A program made the position numbers and the translations under genes. Of a stretch of DNA of 63,883 bases, positions 41,176-49,019 are shown piece after piece; within the stretch, counting starts at the first letter, position 1, and every line of letters starts with the position of its first letter. The notes beneath the pieces were generated by a model that was not told where the DNA came from, searched no databases, and saw only the letters and a program-made list of their open reading frames with translations. The DNA comes from an uncultured Legionellales bacterium. Lineage in GTDB: Bacteria; Pseudomonadota; Gammaproteobacteria; Eutrophobiales; Eutrophobiaceae. The stretch lies in NCBI GenBank assembly GCA_913045195.1, contig CAJWQR010000004.1:1-63883 (forward strand). The letters run 5' to 3'.

Positions 41176-43548
41176 CTAAAAAATGAAATTTATTTTAGTC
41201 CGTATACCATATGCAGGATCACCTGTTGATTCCTGTTCAACAATAAAACCGCCGACTTCAAAAAAGACATGTTGTCCTAATGCATGTGAATAGCGTACTG
41301 CTCCACCATAACGATTGACTGTGCTTGAGGAATTATCAATTTTTCCGCCAACCTCAAAAATAAGATTACGACGAAGCGCTGGAGAGAAAAACATTTGATA
41401 GCCAAGTGAACCGCCAAAAGCATCACTAGCAAAGTTGTTGATTGGTGCTCCAGCTAAACCATTACTAGTAAATAACAGCCCTGTAATAGATAAAGGACCA
41501 CCGGCACTACGAGCTGCCGTTGCATAATCACCGAATGCTTTAAACGCATTCAAATACAAAATATTATCAGTCCTTTTTGGCGCGAAGGAAAAACTGGTAT
41601 AGAGTAAAGTTCCATCAGTTGCATGTGCATTCTCATTATCTGGTGTATATGAATGGAGAAAGCGAAATTGTGTATCAACGTCGTGTTCAAATAAAATAAA
41701 GGGGCGAAGCATACTAACCCCGAAATTTACCTGGTCACTATTAGTATCAGTGGTATCAATATAAGTTGCATCGATTTCAAACGTTGAATGAGCAACATCG
41801 ATTGCCGAAAAGATGCCGTATAATTCGGCACGGTCATCATCAACATTATTACTACGATCAATGTTACCAAAAGCAAAAAACCCACCAATTCGTGCAAAAT
41901 TAGTTCCGCTAAAAGGAATTGTGCTTCTAGTGACGGCAAATGAATCCATTGTATCGTTAATCAGCATACCACCTTGAACAATAACAGGTTGACGTCCAAA
42001 AGCGATTTCATAATCGAGTGGTAACCGACCATCCATATCAAGCTTCGGAAACATTTCAGATAATTCACCCTCAAAAAAGGCGGTAGTCAACCGAACGTTA
42101 TGATTGTTAATATATCCACTATCACCGGGTGAAAATGAATACTCTGACTTAGCCCCGTTTTCACGTGTCAACGGAGAGACGCCGACCAAAATCCGTTCGG
42201 TACCGCTGAGAGTTAAATTCAGAAAAAGGTCCATTGTCGTAACCCATGCTGAATCGACATCATTAACACCATCATCGGTAACCTCTAGTCCGGTATTAAG
42301 ATTACCAAATAATAATAAGCCTGGTGAAACAACCATTCCAGTAGGTAGTTCGAACTCATAGGCGTACGGACCTTGATTTACATAGTCCTGCCATAATTCG
42401 AAAAATGGTTCTGGGCGTTGCGGTAAATCTTGTTGTTCTTTGAGTGTAATCATCTCATCTGAGTAACGCGAACTGCTTTCGTTGAGTTTTGTATTCTCAT
42501 AAGTGGATTCTTCTTTTGTATTCTCTCCTTCTCTTTCCTCTGTGGATACCGCTTCCGCAGAATCTAAAGCGCTCTCCTCAGTGGTTTCTAATTCCACTAC
42601 CAGATATTGTTCTTCTTCTAACAGGATACTGTCTTTCTTCTGGGTTCTTATATCTGGCGTTTCCTCTTGGATTTTTGCCTCTAGTGTTTTCTCTTGTGCT
42701 ATTAACCACTGGTCTTCAATCCTCTGCATCGAGATAAGTTTTCTGACATCATCACTATAATTATCAGACTGATAGTTTTGTTTAAACTCAACATCGGCAT
42801 AATCTTCTCCGTGTATTTTGATCTTTGTGTCAGTAAGTGTAACTTTTATAAAACGAGGAGAAAGTATTCGTTTATGACGTTGTTTTTCCCATTTTCTTCG
42901 ACTTAACTTTTTTGGCGGGACAAAACTTTCTGCATAAGCTGCAAGATAAGCATCAATGTTTTGGGCAGACCAAACATTTGACCAATGATTTAATGCTTCT
43001 TCGATAGTTTCATTGACTGGAATAACTTCTTTTTCAATCGATACAACATTTTCTTTAATATCTCTGGAGATAGTATCTGGTGCTTTCTTTTGGGTTATTA
43101 AATTTTCAGTTTCTGTGTTATTAGTTGCGATTACTTTTTCTTTAACAATCAACCATTGCTCATCAACTTTCTGCATTGATAGTCGTTTCTTGACTTCATC
43201 AGTATAAGTATCTGATTGGTAATTTTGTGTAAACTCAACATCTGCATAATTTTCTTCATACTGATTTATCTTTAAATCAGATAAGACTACCTTGATATAA
43301 CTTGGTGTTAGCAGTCTTATCTTTCTCTCACTCTCCCATGCTTTGCGGCTTTTTCCTTTTGGAGGGGTAAATTGCTCAGCATAACTATCAAGGTAGAGAT
43401 CAACTTTTTGTGAAGACCAGGCTTTTGTCCAATTGTTTACTGAAGACTCAATGTCGGCATATGCAAATTGTATACAAGTAAAAAAAACAAGGGTGCTAAA
43501 AAATATTGGGGTACTTATTTTTTTTATTTGATGATTGATTAAAAACAT
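41176..43548 (-). CDS. secreted 790-aa protein: two tandem NTF2/SnoaL-like domains, an acidic linker, and a C-terminal outer-membrane beta-barrel-like domain
   Basis: It has a signal peptide (FFSTLVFFTCIQFAYA). Repeats aa 38-139 and 187-288 are about 55% identical by hand alignment. The C-terminal ~415 aa show alternating amphipathic strands and end ...YGIRTKINFIF (terminal Phe, as in OMPs). There is no CxxCH. Confidence 0.6.
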   Translation of the reverse strand: MFLINHQIKKISTPIFFSTLVFFTCIQFAYADIESSVNNWTKAWSSQKVDLYLDSYAEQFTPPKGKSRKAWESERKIRLLTPSYIKVVLSDLKINQYEENYADVEFTQNYQSDTYTDEVKKRLSMQKVDEQWLIVKEKVIATNNTETENLITQKKAPDTISRDIKENVVSIEKEVIPVNETIEEALNHWSNVWSAQNIDAYLAAYAESFVPPKKLSRRKWEKQRHKRILSPRFIKVTLTDTKIKIHGEDYADVEFKQNYQSDNYSDDVRKLISMQRIEDQWLIAQEKTLEAKIQEETPDIRTQKKDSILLEEEQYLVVELETTEESALDSAEAVSTEEREGENTKEESTYENTKLNESSSRYSDEMITLKEQQDLPQRPEPFFELWQDYVNQGPYAYEFELPTGMVVSPGLLLFGNLNTGLEVTDDGVNDVDSAWVTTMDLFLNLTLSGTERILVGVSPLTRENGAKSEYSFSPGDSGYINNHNVRLTTAFFEGELSEMFPKLDMDGRLPLDYEIAFGRQPVIVQGGMLINDTMDSFAVTRSTIPFSGTNFARIGGFFAFGNIDRSNNVDDDRAELYGIFSAIDVAHSTFEIDATYIDTTDTNSDQVNFGVSMLRPFILFEHDVDTQFRFLHSYTPDNENAHATDGTLLYTSFSFAPKRTDNILYLNAFKAFGDYATAARSAGGPLSITGLLFTSNGLAGAPINNFASDAFGGSLGYQMFFSPALRRNLIFEVGGKIDNSSSTVNRYGGAVRYSHALGQHVFFEVGGFIVEQESTGDPAYGIRTKINFIF

Positions 43549-43552
43549 TTTT

Positions 43553-45424
43553 TTACCTTTTAATCTTAACTGTTTCCGTGGTTTCCCATAAATTTATACT
43601 TAGATCGACTACCCGTTTCGCCAACTCACGTAAAGAGAAGTTATAATCAAGCCCCACTTGGGAATTGACGTGTATAAAGTAGCCCGGCAACTGTTGGGCA
43701 ATCAACTTCATACTTATCGTATAGGTCTCATCCGATTTTAATAAATCTGGATCAATGGAATATTTTGCCCATCGATATCCACCTGGCTCGATACTATTTT
43801 TCTTTGTGCGAACCATGTTTGGACGCATATGTATTGCGGTCGGATTTGGTGGTGGGCGAATAAATGGCCGTGTCGTCTGTGAGAAATTTATAAATCGTAT
43901 TTGAGTACGTTCACCACCCCAAAAAGTCCCAACCATAAAATGACTCATCAAATTAAATAATTGTTTGTCGTATTTTAATTCGCCGTTGCGAACATATCGG
44001 GAGTATCTTTCGCGGAGGTCACCGTTTGGGTCGCGATCACCAGACTTAAAAACAACATTACCTTGACTATCCTTTACCGTGATCTGGAAAAATACCATTC
44101 GTTCGTGAATAAAACCCGATGGCGCATTATGACCCAACACGGCATTTCTAAGTTTAATGCGGAACTTTAAGCCGTCCTTTATATTCGAATCGTCGATAAC
44201 TACATCTTCGACCTTATAACCAGCTTTCATTACTGCATCTCTTTGACCCTTTGCCCAATTAAGTAACTCGAACTGTTCATCTAAGATTTCACGAGCCTCG
44301 TAACGCAAGTCCTGATCCTGCCAAAATTCCGGAAATTTATTATCATCGGTAACATTGTCCTCGAACTCATCTGTACCCCAGCCTTTTTTGTGTTCAAATT
44401 CCATCCATTGCTCATAAGTTGCTAACTCCACTGCATCTGGATTATGTGGAAAGATACCGGGATGCAGTACCGAAAAATCCGGACCTGCAAAATAATGATT
44501 CGACAAACGCCGATGTTTGGTCTCAACCTTACCTACTATCGCGGCTGGACCTTTATCAAACCCCTTATTTTCACCCGGGACCTTACCCATATGGCAATCT
44601 TGGCAAGTTACGCCATCGGCTGCTGACTTCGAGGTTCTATACTCATCGAAAGTTTCCTCATTATGAAAGCCAGTTGGTAATCTGGAAGCATGACAATTAC
44701 CACAAAATCTTGAGGCTCTTAGAAAAGGATATTCCTCAACTCGTTTATGAATTGCTCGTCCTTTCTTGCCAGGTTCAGTTACCAAAGACAGTCTGGAGTC
44801 TTGTTCAGCCTCTGCTTGAATTTCGTTATTGGTTGGCCCGAAAATAGGACTAAAAATATCGCCTTCAGTAATCATTGCACGGGCACTTCGCTTACCATAT
44901 TTTTTATCAAACCGATGGCAAACAACGCAAGTTACACCTTCAACTACTGGCCCCAAAAAATCCTCCCCTTCACGAGCAAATTGTGCTCGTTTCAGATTGG
45001 AAATTTGCATAAGTCCAAGTACAGCAGCAATTGGTGCATGGCAACGGGAACAAGTATCAGCCGAGGTACCGTTAGACTTGCCTAAGACTGAATTTTCTAC
45101 CGAAACAAAAAAGGGACTTAGATTGCCATAGGCATGACTTGATGCTGACCATTGACGAAATTGAACTGGATGACAAACCTTACATTCAAAGGCTGAAGGA
45201 AATCGCTTATTTTGAAACAAATCCTCGTGCGCCTTATCGACAACCTCTTCTGCCTCGACAACCTCTTCTGCCTCGACAACCTCTTCTGCCTCGACAACCT
45301 CTTCTGCCTCGACAACCTCTTCTGCCTCGACCGAACCGGCAACTAATATCGCCAACGACAGAAGCATTGCAGCAACAAAATCAGATTCACATATTTTTAG
45401 CCTTTTAAAACAAAGACATAACAC
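43553..45424 (-). CDS. secreted pentaheme cytochrome c with an N-terminal (EEVVEA)n repeat
   Basis: GTG start preceded by GGGAGGG, with a signal-like N-terminus. The five heme motifs are CKVCH, CSRCH, CVVCH, CGNCH and CQDCH. The large C-terminal half has no heme motifs. Confidence 0.8.
   Translation of the reverse strand: MLCLCFKRLKICESDFVAAMLLSLAILVAGSVEAEEVVEAEEVVEAEEVVEAEEVVEAEEVVDKAHEDLFQNKRFPSAFECKVCHPVQFRQWSASSHAYGNLSPFFVSVENSVLGKSNGTSADTCSRCHAPIAAVLGLMQISNLKRAQFAREGEDFLGPVVEGVTCVVCHRFDKKYGKRSARAMITEGDIFSPIFGPTNNEIQAEAEQDSRLSLVTEPGKKGRAIHKRVEEYPFLRASRFCGNCHASRLPTGFHNEETFDEYRTSKSAADGVTCQDCHMGKVPGENKGFDKGPAAIVGKVETKHRRLSNHYFAGPDFSVLHPGIFPHNPDAVELATYEQWMEFEHKKGWGTDEFEDNVTDDNKFPEFWQDQDLRYEAREILDEQFELLNWAKGQRDAVMKAGYKVEDVVIDDSNIKDGLKFRIKLRNAVLGHNAPSGFIHERMVFFQITVKDSQGNVVFKSGDRDPNGDLRERYSRYVRNGELKYDKQLFNLMSHFMVGTFWGGERTQIRFINFSQTTRPFIRPPPNPTAIHMRPNMVRTKKNSIEPGGYRWAKYSIDPDLLKSDETYTISMKLIAQQLPGYFIHVNSQVGLDYNFSLRELAKRVVDLSINLWETTETVKIKR
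45238..45331. repeat. perfect 18-bp tandem repeat, 5.2 copies (CGACAACCTCTTCTGCCT on the + strand)
   Basis: Copies are identical at 45238, 45256, 45274, 45292 and 45310, plus a partial sixth. The repeat is in frame and encodes EEVVEA x5 just after the signal peptide of the pentaheme cytochrome. Confidence 0.95.
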
Positions 45425-45521
45425 ACCATCCCTCCCACCTCAACAGAAACCATCGAGCCCGAAAATATGAAGCCGCCTTTATAAGTGAAATTTACTTTAC
45501 AAGAACTTATTTGCTTGAGAA

Positions 45522-45535
45522 TTGATTCTAGTCAA
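45522..45535. promoter_or_regulatory. FNR box C, TTGATTCTAGTCAA (1 mismatch), promoter of the 45424-40217 operon
   Basis: It lies about 100 nt upstream of the GTG start. TAAAGT on the minus strand sits near the expected -10 position. Confidence 0.55.
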
Positions 45536-45659
45536 GTTAACAGAAGATAATATGTGCGATTTCTTGTACAAAACAAAAAATATGGGGTAAATAACAACCA
45601 TTATTATTTAAATTTCTTCAGGTATATCAGGTATATAGAAAATTAAGGAAATGCGGGTT

Positions 45660-46760
45660 TTAGTCTTCAATGGCAGTTAATTTATTCAATATTACACGCT
45701 TAACAGGCCAAATATTATTAGCAAGTTTTAGGATTATTTTCCTTAAAAATCTTGCTTTAGATGTTTCATTTGTATACAAACAAACAATTCCATTCGTTGC
45801 CAAATATAATGGATATGATACTCGTCTGTGTATGGATTGATAATTTGTTAATACACTAGGGTAACCAATATCTATTTTCTTCTCTAAAGCATTTTTTATT
45901 TCTTTTGCTAGTGCATTTTGTCCTTTAAGACCAAGATTAAATCCATGGGCCGTTACAGGATGCATCCCAACAGCAGCATCTCCAATTAATGCAAAACGTG
46001 TTGACACAAATCTATTCGCATATACTGCAATAAGTGGATAAGCGAAACGTTTGCTTATTAGTTTCATATTGCCTAGACGAAATTTAAATTGTGCTGAGAC
46101 TTCTTTATTAAATTTATTCTCGGCAATATTTAATATTTTGTTGTGTTGATTTGAAGGAGCCGTTATGACAATAGAAGATTGATTTTCTGTCAGCGGTAAA
46201 ACTGCTAGTGTTCTTCCGTAATAAAAACACTCATAAGCAATATCAAAATGAGGTTCTTCATGTTGCATTCGACATACGACACAAATTTGTCCAAAATCTA
46301 GCGTTCTGGCAGATATTCCTTCGCCACGACGAGTCTCAGAAAAACGACTATCGGCCGCAATAATTAAACGTGTTTCGATTATTTTACCATTTGATAAGGT
46401 AATAGTAGCTGCTTCTGGATTTCTATTTATTGATGTAACGGTAGTATCGGTAATTAATTCAATGTTAGAGAAATTTTTAATTTCATCATAATACGCCTTC
46501 CGTATTAAGTGATTAGAAATTAAATAACCCAATTCATCGCAACCTGCCTTGCGATGATCAAAATGTAAGAAATATGGTGAATAACCATTAAGAACTCTTG
46601 CTTCTTTTATAGGGGATTTAGAGATATTTGGAATTCTTCCCCACACACCAGCCTCTTTTAATAATTTAACTGAGAAATGTGTTAATGCAATATCTCGACC
46701 ATCATACTCAGGGTCTGCTAAGATATTTTCATTTAATTTCTCCACTATCGAAATATTCAA
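45660..46760 (-). CDS. FAD-dependent monooxygenase, UbiH/UbiF/VisC (COQ6) family; the N-terminus is unresolved
   Basis: It contains the family motifs ...LIGDAAVGMHPVTAHGFNLG.... The track start is a TTG. The 27 in-frame codons upstream (to 46841) encode DITIIGAGPAGLSFARSLA, the expected Rossmann GxGxxG, but contain no ATG, GTG or TTG. Confidence 0.8.
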   Translation of the reverse strand: MNISIVEKLNENILADPEYDGRDIALTHFSVKLLKEAGVWGRIPNISKSPIKEARVLNGYSPYFLHFDHRKAGCDELGYLISNHLIRKAYYDEIKNFSNIELITDTTVTSINRNPEAATITLSNGKIIETRLIIAADSRFSETRRGEGISARTLDFGQICVVCRMQHEEPHFDIAYECFYYGRTLAVLPLTENQSSIVITAPSNQHNKILNIAENKFNKEVSAQFKFRLGNMKLISKRFAYPLIAVYANRFVSTRFALIGDAAVGMHPVTAHGFNLGLKGQNALAKEIKNALEKKIDIGYPSVLTNYQSIHRRVSYPLYLATNGIVCLYTNETSKARFLRKIILKLANNIWPVKRVILNKLTAIED

Positions 46761-46859
46761 ATCAGTGTTTGCAAGAGAGCGTGCAAAACTGAGACCAGCT
46801 GGCCCGGCACCAATAATTGTTATATCATTTTTAATAACTTTTCACTTCCTGGAAATTAT

Positions 46860-47222
46860 CTATTCGTTTTCTCTAAAATGCTCATCATTAGGACAAAATG
46901 AATAGTCTTCCTCAAAACTATCATCATCTTCTAACATTTCTAGGCATTTTTCTTTTGATTCGCATTCTTTGCAATTTACTAAGTGCTCTTCAATTTCATC
47001 TACCTTAAATTTTTCAAGATATTTATTAATATCAATATTTCTTTTCTGCAACATGGCATAAAAAGGTAGTTTTTCTAATTTTATCTTCAAATTATTTCGA
47101 AACTTTTTTGTAACTTTAATATGCCCTTTTATCGCAATAATTACTGTTACACTAATGATTAGAAGAATTAATATAAGAAATAAAATAAAAGCTGCTGAAA
47201 TAAACACAAAGTTACGCTCCAA
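46860..47222 (-). CDS. small membrane-anchored protein with a C-terminal Cys motif (hypothetical)
   Basis: 120 aa with a TTG start and one N-terminal TM segment. The C-terminal region reads ..VNCKECESKEKCLEML..FCP. It may be DUF6455-like, but that is unverified. Confidence 0.45.
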   Translation of the reverse strand: MERNFVFISAAFILFLILILLIISVTVIIAIKGHIKVTKKFRNNLKIKLEKLPFYAMLQKRNIDINKYLEKFKVDEIEEHLVNCKECESKEKCLEMLEDDDSFEEDYSFCPNDEHFRENE

Positions 47223-47264
47223 ATAGTAGATTTTTTATGATTACATAGTTCTATTTTGCTGAAT

Positions 47265-47278
47265 TTGATTTTGATCAA
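47265..47278. promoter_or_regulatory. FNR box D, TTGATTTTGATCAA (perfect)
   Basis: The consensus match is perfect. It lies only 43 nt upstream of the TTG start at 47222, between the cox-assembly genes and the small Cys protein/UbiH-like pair. Confidence 0.6.
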
Positions 47279-47319
47279 AAAATAAAATTATATTTTTATA
47301 GCTCAATGTATAATTCCCT

Positions 47320-47934
47320 TTATCCAAGCCAATTCTTTGTGGCCATAATCAATCTCTCTAAGTCTTTCAGTATATTTTCACTGCTTATTCCATGTGAATA
47401 ATGCATCATAAGATTTCCTTTCGGATCAATTAAATAAATTCCGTTATTATTTATTTCTTCAAAGTTGGCAAAATTAGAAACAAAATCACTAAAGAAAGGC
47501 TGTGCTTCTGTAATAATAACCATCTTTGGATACTTTGAAATTGTCTTCAAATATTCATCTGTAATAGTTGTTCCGCTCAAAACTAATATTCTTTGCAAAT
47601 AACGCATATCCTCGCCTAGTGCGAGTCGAATTTGATTAAAATCATATATATCTTGCTGACAAGTTTTACTGCAATTACCTTCATTCAATTTAACAAGAGT
47701 CCACAAACCATCAAGATTTAACGCTGGAAATTCACGCTCATCTATGGTCTTAAGATTTTCAAATCTTACAGGATGTTGCGGGTTGATGAGTTCGCCTTGA
47801 TTTACTTGTTGTTTTGGTAAAAAATCAGGATGATTATAAAAAAACCATGATGCGGTCATTGGGAATGCGCATATTACAATTAAAATCCATAATTCAAATC
47901 TGAATTTATTGTTTTTTGTCTGATATTCGTTCAT
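47320..47934 (-). CDS. membrane-anchored thioredoxin-fold/SCO-like protein of the cox assembly cluster (hypothetical)
   Basis: It has an N-terminal TM segment and a CSKTC (C-x3-C) motif in a context resembling SCO copper chaperones. It overlaps the SURF1 gene by 4 nt. Confidence 0.45.
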   Translation of the reverse strand: MNEYQTKNNKFRFELWILIVICAFPMTASWFFYNHPDFLPKQQVNQGELINPQHPVRFENLKTIDEREFPALNLDGLWTLVKLNEGNCSKTCQQDIYDFNQIRLALGEDMRYLQRILVLSGTTITDEYLKTISKYPKMVIITEAQPFFSDFVSNFANFEEINNNGIYLIDPKGNLMMHYSHGISSENILKDLERLIMATKNWLG

Positions 47935-48674
47935 TGATTTATCCTTGTTGTATTATTTTTTTGAACAATAGATAACCCTAAATAAACTAAAATAGTAATA
48001 ACGGCAAAGACAAACCACTGTATTGCATAACCTATATGCATAAAATATTTTGCATTAAACGCTGGCCATTGACGGATAAAACTATTCTGATCTTCGGGTG
48101 ATTGCTGTATAAAAAATGGTAAAACCTTAGCATCATGTTGTGCAGTATAATAATCTATATCGAGGAATGGCCAGCGCTCACCCCAATCACGCTCAATATC
48201 AGTAGAAGGCAATTTTATAAATGGTGGGGGCGTAGAAAAAACGATGGTGCCATTAACTTTTATTTTTCCTTTGGGTGTATAAACAGCTGGTAATTTTTCT
48301 CCATTTCCATCCATTTTAACCCAACCTCTGTTTACAAAAACCTGTAAATTCTCTGTGCCATCAATCAATAATGGGGTTAGCACTTCATAGCCGATATCAT
48401 TTTGATATTTCTTTCCATCAAGATAAATATTATTTTCGTATAGATATTTTCCACTAACAATAGCTTTGCGAAAACGATATTTAGGTTTTGAATCTTCTAC
48501 TTCATTAAGAATTAATGGCGGTAAATTACTGGAGTATTTTATCTCTTCTTCAATTTTTTGTTTCTCGCTTGCACGATATAACTGCCAGAAGCCTAATTTA
48601 ACAAACACACCTACGAGTATTAACATAACTATAATTAGCGTCACATTTATTCGAAAATAATAACGATCAAACAT
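47931..48674 (-). CDS. SURF1-family cytochrome oxidase assembly protein
   Basis: 247 aa with two terminal TM helices. The N-terminal LGFWQLYRASEK signature is present, and the gene sits in the cox operon. Confidence 0.8.
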   Translation of the reverse strand: MFDRYYFRINVTLIIVMLILVGVFVKLGFWQLYRASEKQKIEEEIKYSSNLPPLILNEVEDSKPKYRFRKAIVSGKYLYENNIYLDGKKYQNDIGYEVLTPLLIDGTENLQVFVNRGWVKMDGNGEKLPAVYTPKGKIKVNGTIVFSTPPPFIKLPSTDIERDWGERWPFLDIDYYTAQHDAKVLPFFIQQSPEDQNSFIRQWPAFNAKYFMHIGYAIQWFVFAVITILVYLGLSIVQKNNTTRINQ

Positions 48675-48747
48675 TAAAATATATCTAATCCAATATATAC
48701 AAGCGTTACTAGAAAAATATACTTAAAGAGATGTTTGCCTGCATTGG

Positions 48748-48957
48748 CTAGGAGGGCGAAATGATGCCAAAGAAAGCTCCTCCAATTAGTAGAATAAACA
48801 AAATTAGTGCAAGTGTTACTCGTTTTGATAATGCTTGCACGACTCTTGTTTTATCCTTATCGCCATGGTCTTTTGTTAAATAGTACATTGCTTCCACAAG
48901 GGCAAATACAACCAACAATAATATTATGAGCGCAGGTAGCTTAAAAGTTAGTGTCAT
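48748..48957 (-). CDS. small two-TM membrane protein of the cox cluster (DUF2909-like)
   Basis: 69 aa with two hydrophobic helices. It lies between coxC and SURF1, as in other gammaproteobacterial aa3 clusters. Confidence 0.4.
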   Translation of the reverse strand: MTLTFKLPALIILLLVVFALVEAMYYLTKDHGDKDKTRVVQALSKRVTLALILFILLIGGAFFGIISPS

Positions 48958-49019
48958 TTTTGTGCTCCCATTTTTTTTACAAAGTAATTTTTGAATTCGT
49001 TAGTCAATCAAAGATTGAG

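Noticed and set aside
45238-45331. Possible CRISPR array
   Set aside because: The repeats are directly adjacent with no spacers, are 18 bp long, and are in frame inside a gene. No cas genes are present in the window.
45118-45408. Track ORFs 45118-45342 (-) and 45139-45408 (+) with repetitive RLSRQK or PLLPRQ peptides
   Set aside because: These are alternative frames through the 18-bp tandem repeat. The frame giving EEVVEA is continuous with a signal peptide and five CxxCH motifs, so it is the real one.
34266-45535. Calling the multiheme locus a horizontally acquired genomic island
   Set aside because: There is no flanking tRNA, integrase or direct repeats. My spot GC counts are higher than in some housekeeping lines but similar to gltB. 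I kept it as a hypothesis to test computationally, not as a call.
45621-45638. Short tandem duplication GGTATATCA-GGTATATAG downstream of the UbiH-like gene
   Set aside because: It is two imperfect 9-mers in AT-rich intergenic DNA. That is consistent with chance or slippage, and no function is suggested.
47262-47282. Box D palindrome as a rho-independent terminator for the cox-assembly operon
   Set aside because: The stem would be only 5-6 A/T-rich base pairs. On the transcribed (minus) strand it is not followed by a U-tract.
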